A stretch of DNA of 64,000 nucleotides from Spirochaetia bacterium (GCA_965226055.1 CBDDCA010000002.1:81499-145498); one strand, 5' to 3'; shown: positions 41,136-49,366, counted from the first letter of the stretch. Translations and numbers: made by a program. Notes: generated by a model from the letters alone, not told the origin.

Positions 41136-41897
41136 AGAGTAAGCCATGTAGCGATGCATAACAAAGCCTATGCGGTGCATGACAGCTTTTGGGAGGAATA
41201 CTATCCTCCCAATGGCTGGGGATGTCAGTGTTATGTGGTGAGCATGGACGAAGAAGAGCTACAAGAGTATAGCATTGTAAAAGCTGATGCACTTGATACA
41301 CAGCGATTAGCAAGTACTACTCCACAAGAATGGAAGCAAAACAGTGCTTTAGAGACACTTGTACCCCGCTTTGGAGAGATGAAGTATTTGCAAAGCCGTC
41401 CTGATGTGATGAAACAGATACAAAGTGCCTATGCAAAGGATATGAGAGGGAGTGCCTTGACCAGTGGTGAATTGGCATCCCTTGCAAAGAAGATAGCAAA
41501 CTATGGCAAAGGCAATCAAGTACCCAATGTACCAGTGCTATTGGGAGCAATGAGTGATGAAGTGTGGGATGCAGTAAAAACAAAACTGCCTGAAGTAGAT
41601 GTACGACTGCAGGGCACCACAGAAGATGTTGCGCATGCAATGCGAGAGAAGAAGGTGCATAAAGTGCCTGATGAGGCACTAAAGCATGTAAGTAGTGTGA
41701 TGAGTGAGCCTGATGTGGTGTATGAAGAAGACAACGAGCTTATTTTTTGGAAAGAAGTAGAGAAAGAGAAGTATATACGAGTAGCGTTTGGCTATAAGAA
41801 TAAGAAGTTATTGCGTATGAGGAGTTTTGATTATTTAGAAGGATCGTTAAAGAAAGATGATGTATTAAAAAATAAGGTGAAAGTGTATGAAAAATAA
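41136..41897 (+). pseudogene. 5'-truncated MuF/SPP1 gp7-family minor head protein with a C-terminal BECR-like (PBECR) nuclease domain
   Basis: RVSHVAMHNK...DSFW...YPPNGWGCQCYV is the end of the MuF domain; C-terminus H...SEPDVVYE..LIFWK..YIRVAF resembles the PBECR fold. Confidence 0.8.
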
Positions 41898-41899
41898 AA

Positions 41900-41973
41900 T
41901 GATTGCATGGGGGGGCTCGAACCCACCTTTTGAGGACACGCCTCTAAGCCATCCTGTTGCCATCATGCAATCA
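41900..41973 (-). ncRNA. tRNA-like small RNA (non-canonical cloverleaf)
   Basis: 10-bp closing stem UGAUUGCAUG/CAUGCAAUCA, D-like loop AACAGGAUG, GAGG/CCUC arm, T-arm GUGGG-UUCGAGC-CCCCC; own promoter. Confidence 0.7.
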
Positions 41974-41984
41974 CTCTATATAAG

Positions 41985-42013
41985 AGTATGAAAGAAACTG
42001 ACAATAAAGTCAA
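41985..42013 (-). promoter_or_regulatory. Sigma70 promoter driving the tRNA-like RNA
   Basis: TTGACT-N17-CATACT on the minus strand, ending 11 nt before the closing stem. Confidence 0.7.
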
Positions 42014-42031
42014 GTAAAAAAGGAGAGTAAA

Positions 42032-42469
42032 ATGAAAAGAATGTTTTTAGTCTTTTTGATTTTATCGAGTGTGCTGTTTTCTGTATTTGCAGAAGACATT
42101 GAAAATGTAAAGTTTAAGAGAGTGTACGATGGGGATACTTTTTTCGTAGACATTGATGGTGTGCCTGATGTCTTTGGGGAGGGGGTAGGAGTGCGATTAC
42201 GGGGAGTAGATACTCCCGAAATACGTGGCGATTGTCCTACTGAGAAAGCACTGGCGTATCAAGCAAAAGAATATGTGGCAGCGGTGCTTGAGAGTGCTGA
42301 GCGCATTGATTTACTAAACGTAACGAGAGGGAAATACTTTAGAATTGTGGCGTCTGTTGTGGTTGATGAGAAAATACATATAAGTGAAGAGCTCATCCGC
42401 AAGAGGCTTGGAGTAAGATACTACGGGGGAAAGAAAACAAAGAGCTGGTGTAATGGAGGGAGCGGGTAA
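42032..42469 (+). CDS. Thermonuclease (SNase)-family protein with signal peptide
   Basis: RVYDGDT, VRLRGVDTPE, GKYFRIVA; hydrophobic N-terminus; AAGGAG RBS. Confidence 0.92.
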   Translation: MKRMFLVFLILSSVLFSVFAEDIENVKFKRVYDGDTFFVDIDGVPDVFGEGVGVRLRGVDTPEIRGDCPTEKALAYQAKEYVAAVLESAERIDLLNVTRGKYFRIVASVVVDEKIHISEELIRKRLGVRYYGGKKTKSWCNGGSG

Positions 42470-42612
42470 TGTTTTGGATTGGGGTTTTTGTTGGCATAGG
42501 GATCGTTGTAATAGCAGCGGTGGCATGTGTGATCGTAGCAAAAGGACTTACATACAAGTACAAGCACTCTAAAAATGGCTCTCGCATTCCATCAGGAAAG
42601 TACAATGATTAG
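42469..42612 (+). CDS. 47-aa single-TM phage protein (not in the ORF track)
   Basis: MFWIGVFVGIGIVVIAAVACVIVAKGLTYKYKH...; TAATG overlap with the nuclease stop, GGAG upstream. Confidence 0.6.
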   Translation: MFWIGVFVGIGIVVIAAVACVIVAKGLTYKYKHSKNGSRIPSGKYND

Positions 42613-42645
42613 CATTGTTCGAAAGAGGTTTCAAGGGAGGAAACA

Positions 42646-42864
42646 ATGAAAGTATTGTTGATTATTTTAGGATTGGTATGTATTCCTTTTGCGGTTTACT
42701 ATTTATGCAACCTAATAAAGTGGTGTGTAGGATTTTTGGTTACAGTGCTGGTAGTAATGGCATTGTTTCTTGCTTGGATATTCCAGCATTGCACCAAGAA
42801 AGTACTGTTATGGGTACTCTTTGGCATAACGATAGCGGTGTTGTTATTGCTCTTTGCATGGTAA
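42646..42864 (+). CDS. 72-aa protein with three hydrophobic segments
   Basis: GGAGG RBS; three predicted TM helices. Confidence 0.7.
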   Translation: MKVLLIILGLVCIPFAVYYLCNLIKWCVGFLVTVLVVMALFLAWIFQHCTKKVLLWVLFGITIAVLLLLFAW

Positions 42865-42882
42865 AGAGAAGGAGTTGTGAGT

Positions 42883-43821
42883 ATGAAGATATTGATATTT
42901 AGGCCTGGCAAATGGAACGGGATACAGTTTAGTAAAGAGTTTTGTATAGCACTTGCAAAGCGGTATAATGCACAAAAAGGGGCAGTAAAAGCACCGCTGG
43001 TAATAGGGCATCAATGGCAGACGAAGATTGAAAATGAACTTGCAGAAGGCTGGGTAACGGAGCTAGAATATACTGATTCGGGTATTGTATATGCTCTGTG
43101 TAATGAGGTGAGCGAGAACTTGAAGGGGTATATAGAAGACAAGCGATTACGCTATGCGTCTATAGAGTTTAAGTATAGTGTTGGGAAAGATGAAGCGATA
43201 GAAAATCCTGATTTATTGCGGGTAGCATTGTTAGGGCGTCATGCCCCTGCAGTGAAAGGAGCGAGAATAGTAAAGTTTTCAGAAGAGAAAGAAGACGATA
43301 CGTATCGTACCAGTGTAAATTTTGATATGAGTGAGCAAGGGGGAGTAGTATCCTCTTTCGAAGAACATACAAATATTCCAGAAACAAAGGAGGAAGATAT
43401 GAATGAAGTGCAACAAATGCAAGAAACACTTGCAAAAAACGAGGTAGCGCTTGCAGAGAAAGACAAGCGAATAGCAGAGCTTGAAGCAAAGGAGAAGCTC
43501 CGCGAAAGTGAAGCGTTTGCTGATAGTTTGGTAAAAGAAGGCCGTCTTACGCCATCGCAAAAGGATGCAGTAGCAAGTTTACATGCAAGCCTCAGCGGTG
43601 AGCAGCAAAAGCAGTATGGGCAGACGCTCAAAGCAAGTCCTGTGCTTACGCAGTTGAGTAAACAAGAGACAGTATCAGATACTACAGGATCACTGTCGCT
43701 CTCTGACAAAGTAAAAGCATATCAAGCAAAGCATGGGATAGGAAGCTATGCTGATGCACTACAACGGCTTTCGTTAGAAGATGCTGAGTTTGCAAAACAG
43801 CTTAAAGCAGAGCAGGGCTAG
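42883..43821 (+). CDS. Mu gpI-like prohead protease/scaffold
   Basis: IFRPGKW, PLVIGH, AEGWV, RYASIEF, VALLG..PAVKG, then a coiled-coil C-terminal half. Confidence 0.85.
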   Translation: MKILIFRPGKWNGIQFSKEFCIALAKRYNAQKGAVKAPLVIGHQWQTKIENELAEGWVTELEYTDSGIVYALCNEVSENLKGYIEDKRLRYASIEFKYSVGKDEAIENPDLLRVALLGRHAPAVKGARIVKFSEEKEDDTYRTSVNFDMSEQGGVVSSFEEHTNIPETKEEDMNEVQQMQETLAKNEVALAEKDKRIAELEAKEKLRESEAFADSLVKEGRLTPSQKDAVASLHASLSGEQQKQYGQTLKASPVLTQLSKQETVSDTTGSLSLSDKVKAYQAKHGIGSYADALQRLSLEDAEFAKQLKAEQG

Positions 43822-43876
43822 AGTGCTATATTGCTATGCAATATATGAATACTACACAAAAGATAAGGAGTAATAT

Positions 43877-44827
43877 ATGACAGGAGAAATGTCACCAGAG
43901 ATTTTAGCAAACATCTCATCAGATTATACAAAGGAAGCAAGAAAAGGGCTGGTTTCCCCTATACTGTTTCCAAGAACAGAAGTACAAGAAGCGACAGGGA
44001 AATTTCCACTCTTTGACAGGGCTGATTTGCTGTATGTACCCGATGCGAAACTTGCCAAGAAGAAAGATAAGGCAGTAGAGGTAGAACAAACACATTCATT
44101 TCAAGCGTTTGCGTGTGAGCAATATGCCTTAAAAGAATCTATTGCAAACAGCCAGATAGAAAAAGCAAAAGGTCCCTTTCCTCGCGTTATCGGAAGAACG
44201 GTAGAGCAACTGGTGGTAAAATTAGAGCTTGCGCAAGAGAATAGAGTGGCGACTACTGTAAAGGCACTCTCAGGTAATAACGCTACCACGCTTGCAGGCA
44301 CTGGGAATGCAGAAGCAAACAAATGGGACAACGCAGGCTCTCCTGGAGGAAAACCTGTTTCGGTAATCATGGAAACCTTAGACAATATGACCATACGAGG
44401 CAATACTCTTGTGATTCCTCGTTCGGTATGGCAAAAATTGCAATACCACACTGATGTTACGGGCAAGCTACCAGGGACCATGTACCAAACGCTCACGGTA
44501 GAAGCGTTAAAGGCGATATTTACTGTTGAGAATGTTGTGATTGCTAGTGGGCAAATCAAGACAACAAAGAATGGGAACATTGATGTGATTTGGGGCAACA
44601 ATGTTGTTTGTGCCTATGTTGATAACACAGGAGACCCTGATCAGCCTACGGCAGGACACACTCTCATCAATGAGTATGCAGAAGGCGGGGTAGATGGCTG
44701 GATAGCACGCTCGTGGCAAGATGAAGCCATCGGTGTTACTGGGGGGACTTGGTTTCAAGTAGGACATGAAGTAGATGAGTTGTTAGTAGCAAAAGATTTA
44801 ATTCATGTTATCAAGGATGTAATATAG
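43877..44827 (+). CDS. Major capsid protein
   Basis: 316 aa directly after the protease/scaffold gene; ILFP, E.RVA, NKW..., NTLVI...VWQKL.YH pattern of capsid-E-like proteins. Confidence 0.8.
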   Translation: MTGEMSPEILANISSDYTKEARKGLVSPILFPRTEVQEATGKFPLFDRADLLYVPDAKLAKKKDKAVEVEQTHSFQAFACEQYALKESIANSQIEKAKGPFPRVIGRTVEQLVVKLELAQENRVATTVKALSGNNATTLAGTGNAEANKWDNAGSPGGKPVSVIMETLDNMTIRGNTLVIPRSVWQKLQYHTDVTGKLPGTMYQTLTVEALKAIFTVENVVIASGQIKTTKNGNIDVIWGNNVVCAYVDNTGDPDQPTAGHTLINEYAEGGVDGWIARSWQDEAIGVTGGTWFQVGHEVDELLVAKDLIHVIKDVI

Positions 44828-44835
44828 AGGATACT

Positions 44836-45255
44836 ATGGCCTATTGTAGCAGTGCAGATTTGAAAGAGCGGTACACCTCAGAAAGAATAGACGCATGGTC
44901 AAACAGCGATGCTACAATAGTGTCAAAAGTGTGTGAGGATACGAGTGCTGAGATTGATGGCTATATTGTAGGGGGAGGGTATCCTCTGCCTCTCTCTGAT
45001 GTGCCTGCACTGGTAAAGACACATGCAATAAGCATGGCAGTATATCGGTTATTGTCTCGTTATGGGTTTATGGGCCAAGACGATCCAGGCGAAGAGGGAA
45101 TAAAAGACGGGTATGCTCAGGCAATACGGTATTTTGAGCAAGTAGCAAAAGGCACATTACCACTGCCTGTTGCAACAGTCAATACGGATGAGGACAAGAG
45201 AGTATCGGTAGCAGTGAAAAGTTATACCAAACTTGATTTAGGGGGCTATGTATGA
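44836..45255 (+). CDS. Mu gp36-like (DUF1320) head-completion protein
   Basis: MAYCS.ADL, SAEIDGY...YPLPL..VP, AVYRL, Y..AI..FEQVAKG. Confidence 0.88.
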   Translation: MAYCSSADLKERYTSERIDAWSNSDATIVSKVCEDTSAEIDGYIVGGGYPLPLSDVPALVKTHAISMAVYRLLSRYGFMGQDDPGEEGIKDGYAQAIRYFEQVAKGTLPLPVATVNTDEDKRVSVAVKSYTKLDLGGYV

Positions 45256-45680
45256 GAGTGCTACAGATACAAGGAATAGACAAGGCAGTTGCGCTTATTT
45301 CGTCTCTGAAGAGAAGCCAGACAATAGAGAAGGTGCTTGAGAGTGTAGGGCAAAGCGTACGTACTGTAAGTAAGCATGCTATTGAAAGTCAATCAAGTCC
45401 TGATACAAAACAGCAATGGCAGGCAGTAAAAGAGAAGACAAAACGACAGAAGGGATGGAAAAGCCCTTTGTATAGAAGTGGTGATTTGTGGCGAGAGGCA
45501 GGAGAGTATGAGACAGACAATACTACCTTAGCAGTGTTGTATGGCATAGAATACGCAAAGTATCACCAAGAAGGGACGAAGCATATACCACAACGGAGAT
45601 TTTTACCAACACAGGAGTTGTGGTATACAAAGAACATAGAAAAAGCGTTGAGTACTGTAGTGAGGAAGATGCAATTATGA
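45252..45680 (+). CDS. Phage virion morphogenesis protein (Mu gpG-like)
   Basis: SPD...WQ, PLYRSGDL, EYAKYHQEG..IPQRRFL. Confidence 0.85.
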   Translation: MRVLQIQGIDKAVALISSLKRSQTIEKVLESVGQSVRTVSKHAIESQSSPDTKQQWQAVKEKTKRQKGWKSPLYRSGDLWREAGEYETDNTTLAVLYGIEYAKYHQEGTKHIPQRRFLPTQELWYTKNIEKALSTVVRKMQL

Positions 45681-46099
45681 ATATGATAGAGACAATAAAG
45701 AATGATGTACAATCATTCTTACGCACGAGATGCAATATAACGGCTACTCATATACACCAGCATGCAAAAGATGAGAAGCAAGCATTATATAAGAGAGCGT
45801 ATCCTGTAGTGAGTATTATTACAGGAGATGAACGATTTGAGAATAACAATAGTTATGAAGTGCGGGGCACTCGCACCATTCCCATAGAGATACGAATATG
45901 GGAAACAACAGAAAAGAAAGCAATGGATATAGCAGAGAAGGTACTGTCAAAGCTCCCTACGAGCTGGCGGTATGAGGGAAACGATGGAAGCATTGATATT
46001 ATAGGGGTTACCCACAGCGACCATATCGCAAATATGACAGAATACTATGCGTGTTTTATCACGATTGACTTTAGTATGCAAGTAATACAAAAGACATAA
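45677..46099 (+). CDS. Putative tail-completion/terminator protein
   Basis: Position between the G-like and tail tube genes, ATGA overlap, YPVVSI motif. Confidence 0.55.
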   Translation: MNMIETIKNDVQSFLRTRCNITATHIHQHAKDEKQALYKRAYPVVSIITGDERFENNNSYEVRGTRTIPIEIRIWETTEKKAMDIAEKVLSKLPTSWRYEGNDGSIDIIGVTHSDHIANMTEYYACFITIDFSMQVIQKT

Positions 46100-46109
46100 G
46101 GAGGAAAAT

Positions 46110-46778
46110 ATGTCACTTAATTATACAACAGCTGATAGCAACACTGGGCGAACGATTGGATCCAGTGGCAAAATCTATTTAATGGATTTTGAAAAAAATG
46201 CTACCAATAATGGTAATATTGAAATTGGTACATGGTTTCAAGTAAAAGCAAAGAAAGCACAAGCTTCTGTGCTTTCAGACTTAGAAATAGGGCAAATTGT
46301 GCGTGCAGGAAAACAGCTTGCGTTATCGGGAGGGGATGAAGTGTTAGAGTTTACGCCTGTTGAGTCGGGGGTTGCACAGGGCATTACAGGAGACTTAACG
46401 AAAGAAAAGTACGATGTTACTACGCAAACAGACACCACCACTACTTACGAAATGTCTCGTATTGTAGAAGGCTCAGGCAGTATGGATATTGTACTGCAAA
46501 CAAGCGACCCTTTGTATTTGGATATGAACAAAGAGTTTTCACAAGCAGTTGAGGTTGCTGCTGATGGGACAATGAGTAATAGTGATATTCAAAACAAAGT
46601 GTTTCATTTGCTTATCTCACACGATGAGCATGCAAATCCTGAAATATGGAGATATGCTCCTATTAAGGTGAGTAAATTACCTATCAACAAACCCTTAAAG
46701 GGCGAAGTGATATTAAGCATAGAATATAGTTTAGATGGGAAATCAAACCCTCATACTATAGTAATACATAAAGCATAA
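46110..46778 (+). CDS. Putative major tail (tube) protein
   Basis: AAGGAGG RBS; beta-rich with a YDVTT motif; precedes the chaperone and tape-measure genes. Confidence 0.65.
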   Translation: MSLNYTTADSNTGRTIGSSGKIYLMDFEKNATNNGNIEIGTWFQVKAKKAQASVLSDLEIGQIVRAGKQLALSGGDEVLEFTPVESGVAQGITGDLTKEKYDVTTQTDTTTTYEMSRIVEGSGSMDIVLQTSDPLYLDMNKEFSQAVEVAADGTMSNSDIQNKVFHLLISHDEHANPEIWRYAPIKVSKLPINKPLKGEVILSIEYSLDGKSNPHTIVIHKA

Positions 46779-46788
46779 GGAGTGATGT

Positions 46789-47172
46789 ATGATAATTACA
46801 GAACAAACACAAGTGAGGTATGTGCCTCGTATCAATGGCAATGCCGATGCAAAGAAAGAAGAGCGTGTTGTAGTGGTGCTACAATTACCTACGGCATTAG
46901 AGAGAAATACATGGCGTAGGTTTATTGCACGTCCATCGCTTTCTACTACGGTAGGAGTAGAAATTGAACAGGACACCGAGAAGGTAATACAAAGTTGTGT
47001 GCTTTCTATTGAAGGCTTGAGGATAGCTCAGCCAAAAGGCACCGCAAAGCAAATACGTACTGCAAGTGAACTGTTAGCATCGCGCAGTGTTATGGCAGGC
47101 GAGCTGGTCCAAGAGCTAGCGACAGTGTTGTTGCAAGCGGACTCTGTGCCAGAGGAAGAGGAAAAAAAGTAA
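46789..47172 (+). CDS. Tail assembly chaperone (gpG-like)
   Basis: Position; ends GAA AAA AAG TAA, containing the slippery heptamer A AAA AAG. Confidence 0.8.
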   Translation: MIITEQTQVRYVPRINGNADAKKEERVVVVLQLPTALERNTWRRFIARPSLSTTVGVEIEQDTEKVIQSCVLSIEGLRIAQPKGTAKQIRTASELLASRSVMAGELVQELATVLLQADSVPEEEEKK

Positions 47173-47483
47173 GAAAGGCTGCACAGCTTGTGCTGTGTGG
47201 TCGTGTAAGTACCCTAAAAAAAGGCGATAAGTGGGATGATGGTGCGTTTGCTATTATCCCACTAGGCAAAATTACAGGCAAAGAAGCACGAGAGTATATG
47301 CACAGTGATATATTTGTGTGGACTTTAGAGGTATGGAGCATGTGGAAAGAATTGAAAGTATTACCGCATGGAGCAGGGAGTAATAACGAACGATCTATTA
47401 CCCTTTGGGCAATACGAGTGTGGGAACAAGAAAGAAAGGAATGCCAACGGTATCAAGAGGCAAAGTATAAGAGGATTACATGA
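47169..47483 (+). CDS. -1 frameshift extension of the tail chaperone (gpGT-like)
   Basis: The -1 frame is open from the slippery site to TGA 47483; no RBS for the GTG at 47190; LPHGAG...E motif. Confidence 0.75.
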   Translation, partial: VRKAAQLVLCGRVSTLKKGDKWDDGAFAIIPLGKITGKEAREYMHSDIFVWTLEVWSMWKELKVLPHGAGSNNERSITLWAIRVWEQERKECQRYQEAKYKRIT

Positions 47484-47637
47484 ACAAAGAAGCAGCAAAC
47501 AGAGTAATTACTCCTGCTAATGCAAGAGCAGCAGAGCCGAGTACGATACAGAGTGAGGTAACCGCTGCTTTGGTAGCAATACGCTCAAAAAGGCAGGGGG
47601 TGTCTTGTTGTTCTTGTATATGTATTTCAATATTCAT
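47476..47637 (-). CDS. 53-aa membrane peptide, antisense to the tail operon and flanked by inverted repeats
   Basis: MNIEIHIQEQ...AAVTSLCIVLGSAALALAGVITLFAASLFM; a 53-aa plus-strand ORF (47480-47641) covers the same segment. Confidence 0.45.
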   Translation of the reverse strand: MNIEIHIQEQQDTPCLFERIATKAAVTSLCIVLGSAALALAGVITLFAASLFM

Positions 47638-47656
47638 GTAATAAGGATAGTATACT

Positions 47657-49279
47657 ATGCAAAACATATCAATAAAATTAGTACTTGAAAACGCTCAGTT
47701 TCTTGCACAGGCAACAAAGTCGTCTGCTGCGATACAAACCTTTGGGGTATCGACAAAACAATCAAGTGCTTTTTTATCTCATTTTGCTGCGTATTTTACT
47801 GGTGGGGCATTGTTAGGAGGAGTATCAGCATTAGGGTCGATACTCAAAACAGTAGCAAAAACAAGTATTGCTACTGCAGCAAGCTATGAATTACAAAAAA
47901 AGAAGTTTGCAAACTTATTAGGGGATGTAAAAAAAGGCACTCGATTATTTGAGGAATTAAAGCAGTTTGCGGCAACTACCCCCTTACGATTAGATGATAT
48001 TACCAGTGGTACGGAGAAGCTCTTAGCGTTTGGGGTAGCCAACGAAGATGTCATTGACACGATGCGAAGGCTTGGCGATATATCCTTAGGGCAAGCCGAT
48101 AAGCTATCGTCTCTTACCAATGCCTATGGCAAGCTCAAGGCAAAAGGCAAAGCGACTCTTGAGGAGCTAAATCTGTTTACTGAGAATGGAGTGCCTCTAA
48201 TGGATGCGCTTGCTGATACATTAGGCGTGAGCACGCAAGAAGTATTCAAATTAGTATCGGCAGGCAAGGTAGGCTTTAGTGATGTTGATAGAGCCATACG
48301 ATCGCTTACTGATGAAGGAGGCAAGTTTGCGGGGCTTATGGACGATGCAAGCACTACCTTAACAGGCAAGTGGTCAACCTTTAATGATGTTATGACACAG
48401 GTAGGGGCTGAGTTAGCAACGGGTACTATCCCATTATTAAAGTCTGCAGTAGATTGGGTAACGAATATTGGAAGCGCTTTTTTAGAAAGCAACAAAGTAG
48501 ATGCGATATTAAGTGAGGATGCCTTGCCTACTGAGAATGATGTGGATGCATTAAGAAAAAGGATGCAGAGCATCAAGCAAGAAGTAGAGCGGTTTAAGGA
48601 CGAGCTAGTATTTTCAGGGTACTATACCAACGAAGATGGTATAGTAGATGAACAAGCAATAGAGAAAATAGCACAAACAACAAGTCTGTATACTGATTTA
48701 GTGGCAGTACAAACAAAATATAATCAGGCAGTGGATGCAGCAAGAGGCAAGGCACGCAATGAAGGCTATCAAGCAAGCCAGCAAGGAGCAAAACAACTTG
48801 AAGAAACTATCAATGCTCTTACCCTTGCTACTAATAATTATTATGCCACTACCGACAAAGGAAAATTAGAAGCACAATTAGATGCATTGAACAAAGAGAA
48901 ATCTCTTGCGCAAGAGCTTATTGACTTAAAACATGAGGGAAAAGATGTTGATACAGAAGCATATAATAAAGCCATAGCAAACAGAACATTATTGAATCAG
49001 AGAATAGAAGGAACACAAAAAGCATTACAGGAAGTAGGAGCAGTACAAACGCAAGAGGCAGGAACACAAGTATCATCAACTTACTTGACTACCCAAAGAA
49101 AAGCAAGAGAGCAAGTGATTGTTGAATGGAGCAATATGCACGCAACAGAAATACAGCTGTTACAAGAGAAAGCACAAAAGTTTAGAGAATCAGGCATAGA
49201 AGAGGTAGAAGTAGCACAGTGGGTAGCAGAGCAAACAAAGCAGGAATTATATACATTGAAGCCATTGATAAATAATTGA
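47657..49279 (+). CDS. Tail tape-measure protein, probably 3'-truncated
   Basis: FANLLG...LFEELKQFAATTP, KLLAFG, EELN...ENGVP, GGKFAGLM..STTLTGKWSTF.D; abrupt end next to IS1595 debris. Confidence 0.88.
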   Translation: MQNISIKLVLENAQFLAQATKSSAAIQTFGVSTKQSSAFLSHFAAYFTGGALLGGVSALGSILKTVAKTSIATAASYELQKKKFANLLGDVKKGTRLFEELKQFAATTPLRLDDITSGTEKLLAFGVANEDVIDTMRRLGDISLGQADKLSSLTNAYGKLKAKGKATLEELNLFTENGVPLMDALADTLGVSTQEVFKLVSAGKVGFSDVDRAIRSLTDEGGKFAGLMDDASTTLTGKWSTFNDVMTQVGAELATGTIPLLKSAVDWVTNIGSAFLESNKVDAILSEDALPTENDVDALRKRMQSIKQEVERFKDELVFSGYYTNEDGIVDEQAIEKIAQTTSLYTDLVAVQTKYNQAVDAARGKARNEGYQASQQGAKQLEETINALTLATNNYYATTDKGKLEAQLDALNKEKSLAQELIDLKHEGKDVDTEAYNKAIANRTLLNQRIEGTQKALQEVGAVQTQEAGTQVSSTYLTTQRKAREQVIVEWSNMHATEIQLLQEKAQKFRESGIEEVEVAQWVAEQTKQELYTLKPLINN

Positions 49280-49366
49280 GAATAAACATCAAATAATACA
49301 TTGTATAGCAATATCCTATTTTTAGTCTCTCTATACGAATGAGATTATCCATTATTAAAAAGCTAC

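Larger units (their letters stand above)
37657..41142 (+). pseudogene. Decayed large surface lipoprotein with fibronectin-III-like repeats
   Basis: AAGGAG RBS and ATG 37657, in-frame TGA at 37717, lipobox LVGC, FN3-like motifs (LRWEAP, IKLTWD, VGWQAP, YKDSNGNKS), many stops and frameshifts, IS insertion. Confidence 0.8.
41136..49279 (+). mobile_element. Prophage remnant: Mu-like head genes plus non-contractile tail genes
   Basis: Co-oriented F-like, I-like protease, capsid, gp36-like, G-like, tail tube, chaperone and tape-measure genes; no terminase, portal, integrase/transposase or tail tip in the window. Confidence 0.88.

Noticed and set aside
37657-41142. Stop-codon recoding (TGA as Trp) explaining the interrupted lipoprotein
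   Set aside because: TAA stops and frameshifts also interrupt it, and TGA ends normal genes such as trpG, trpD and gltD.
41900-41973. Canonical tRNA-His (GUG in the central loop) or a simple terminator
   Set aside because: The closing stem is 10 bp, the anticodon arm is non-standard with no U33 and there is no CCA; the multi-arm interior and dedicated promoter argue against a plain terminator. Kept as a tRNA-like ncRNA.
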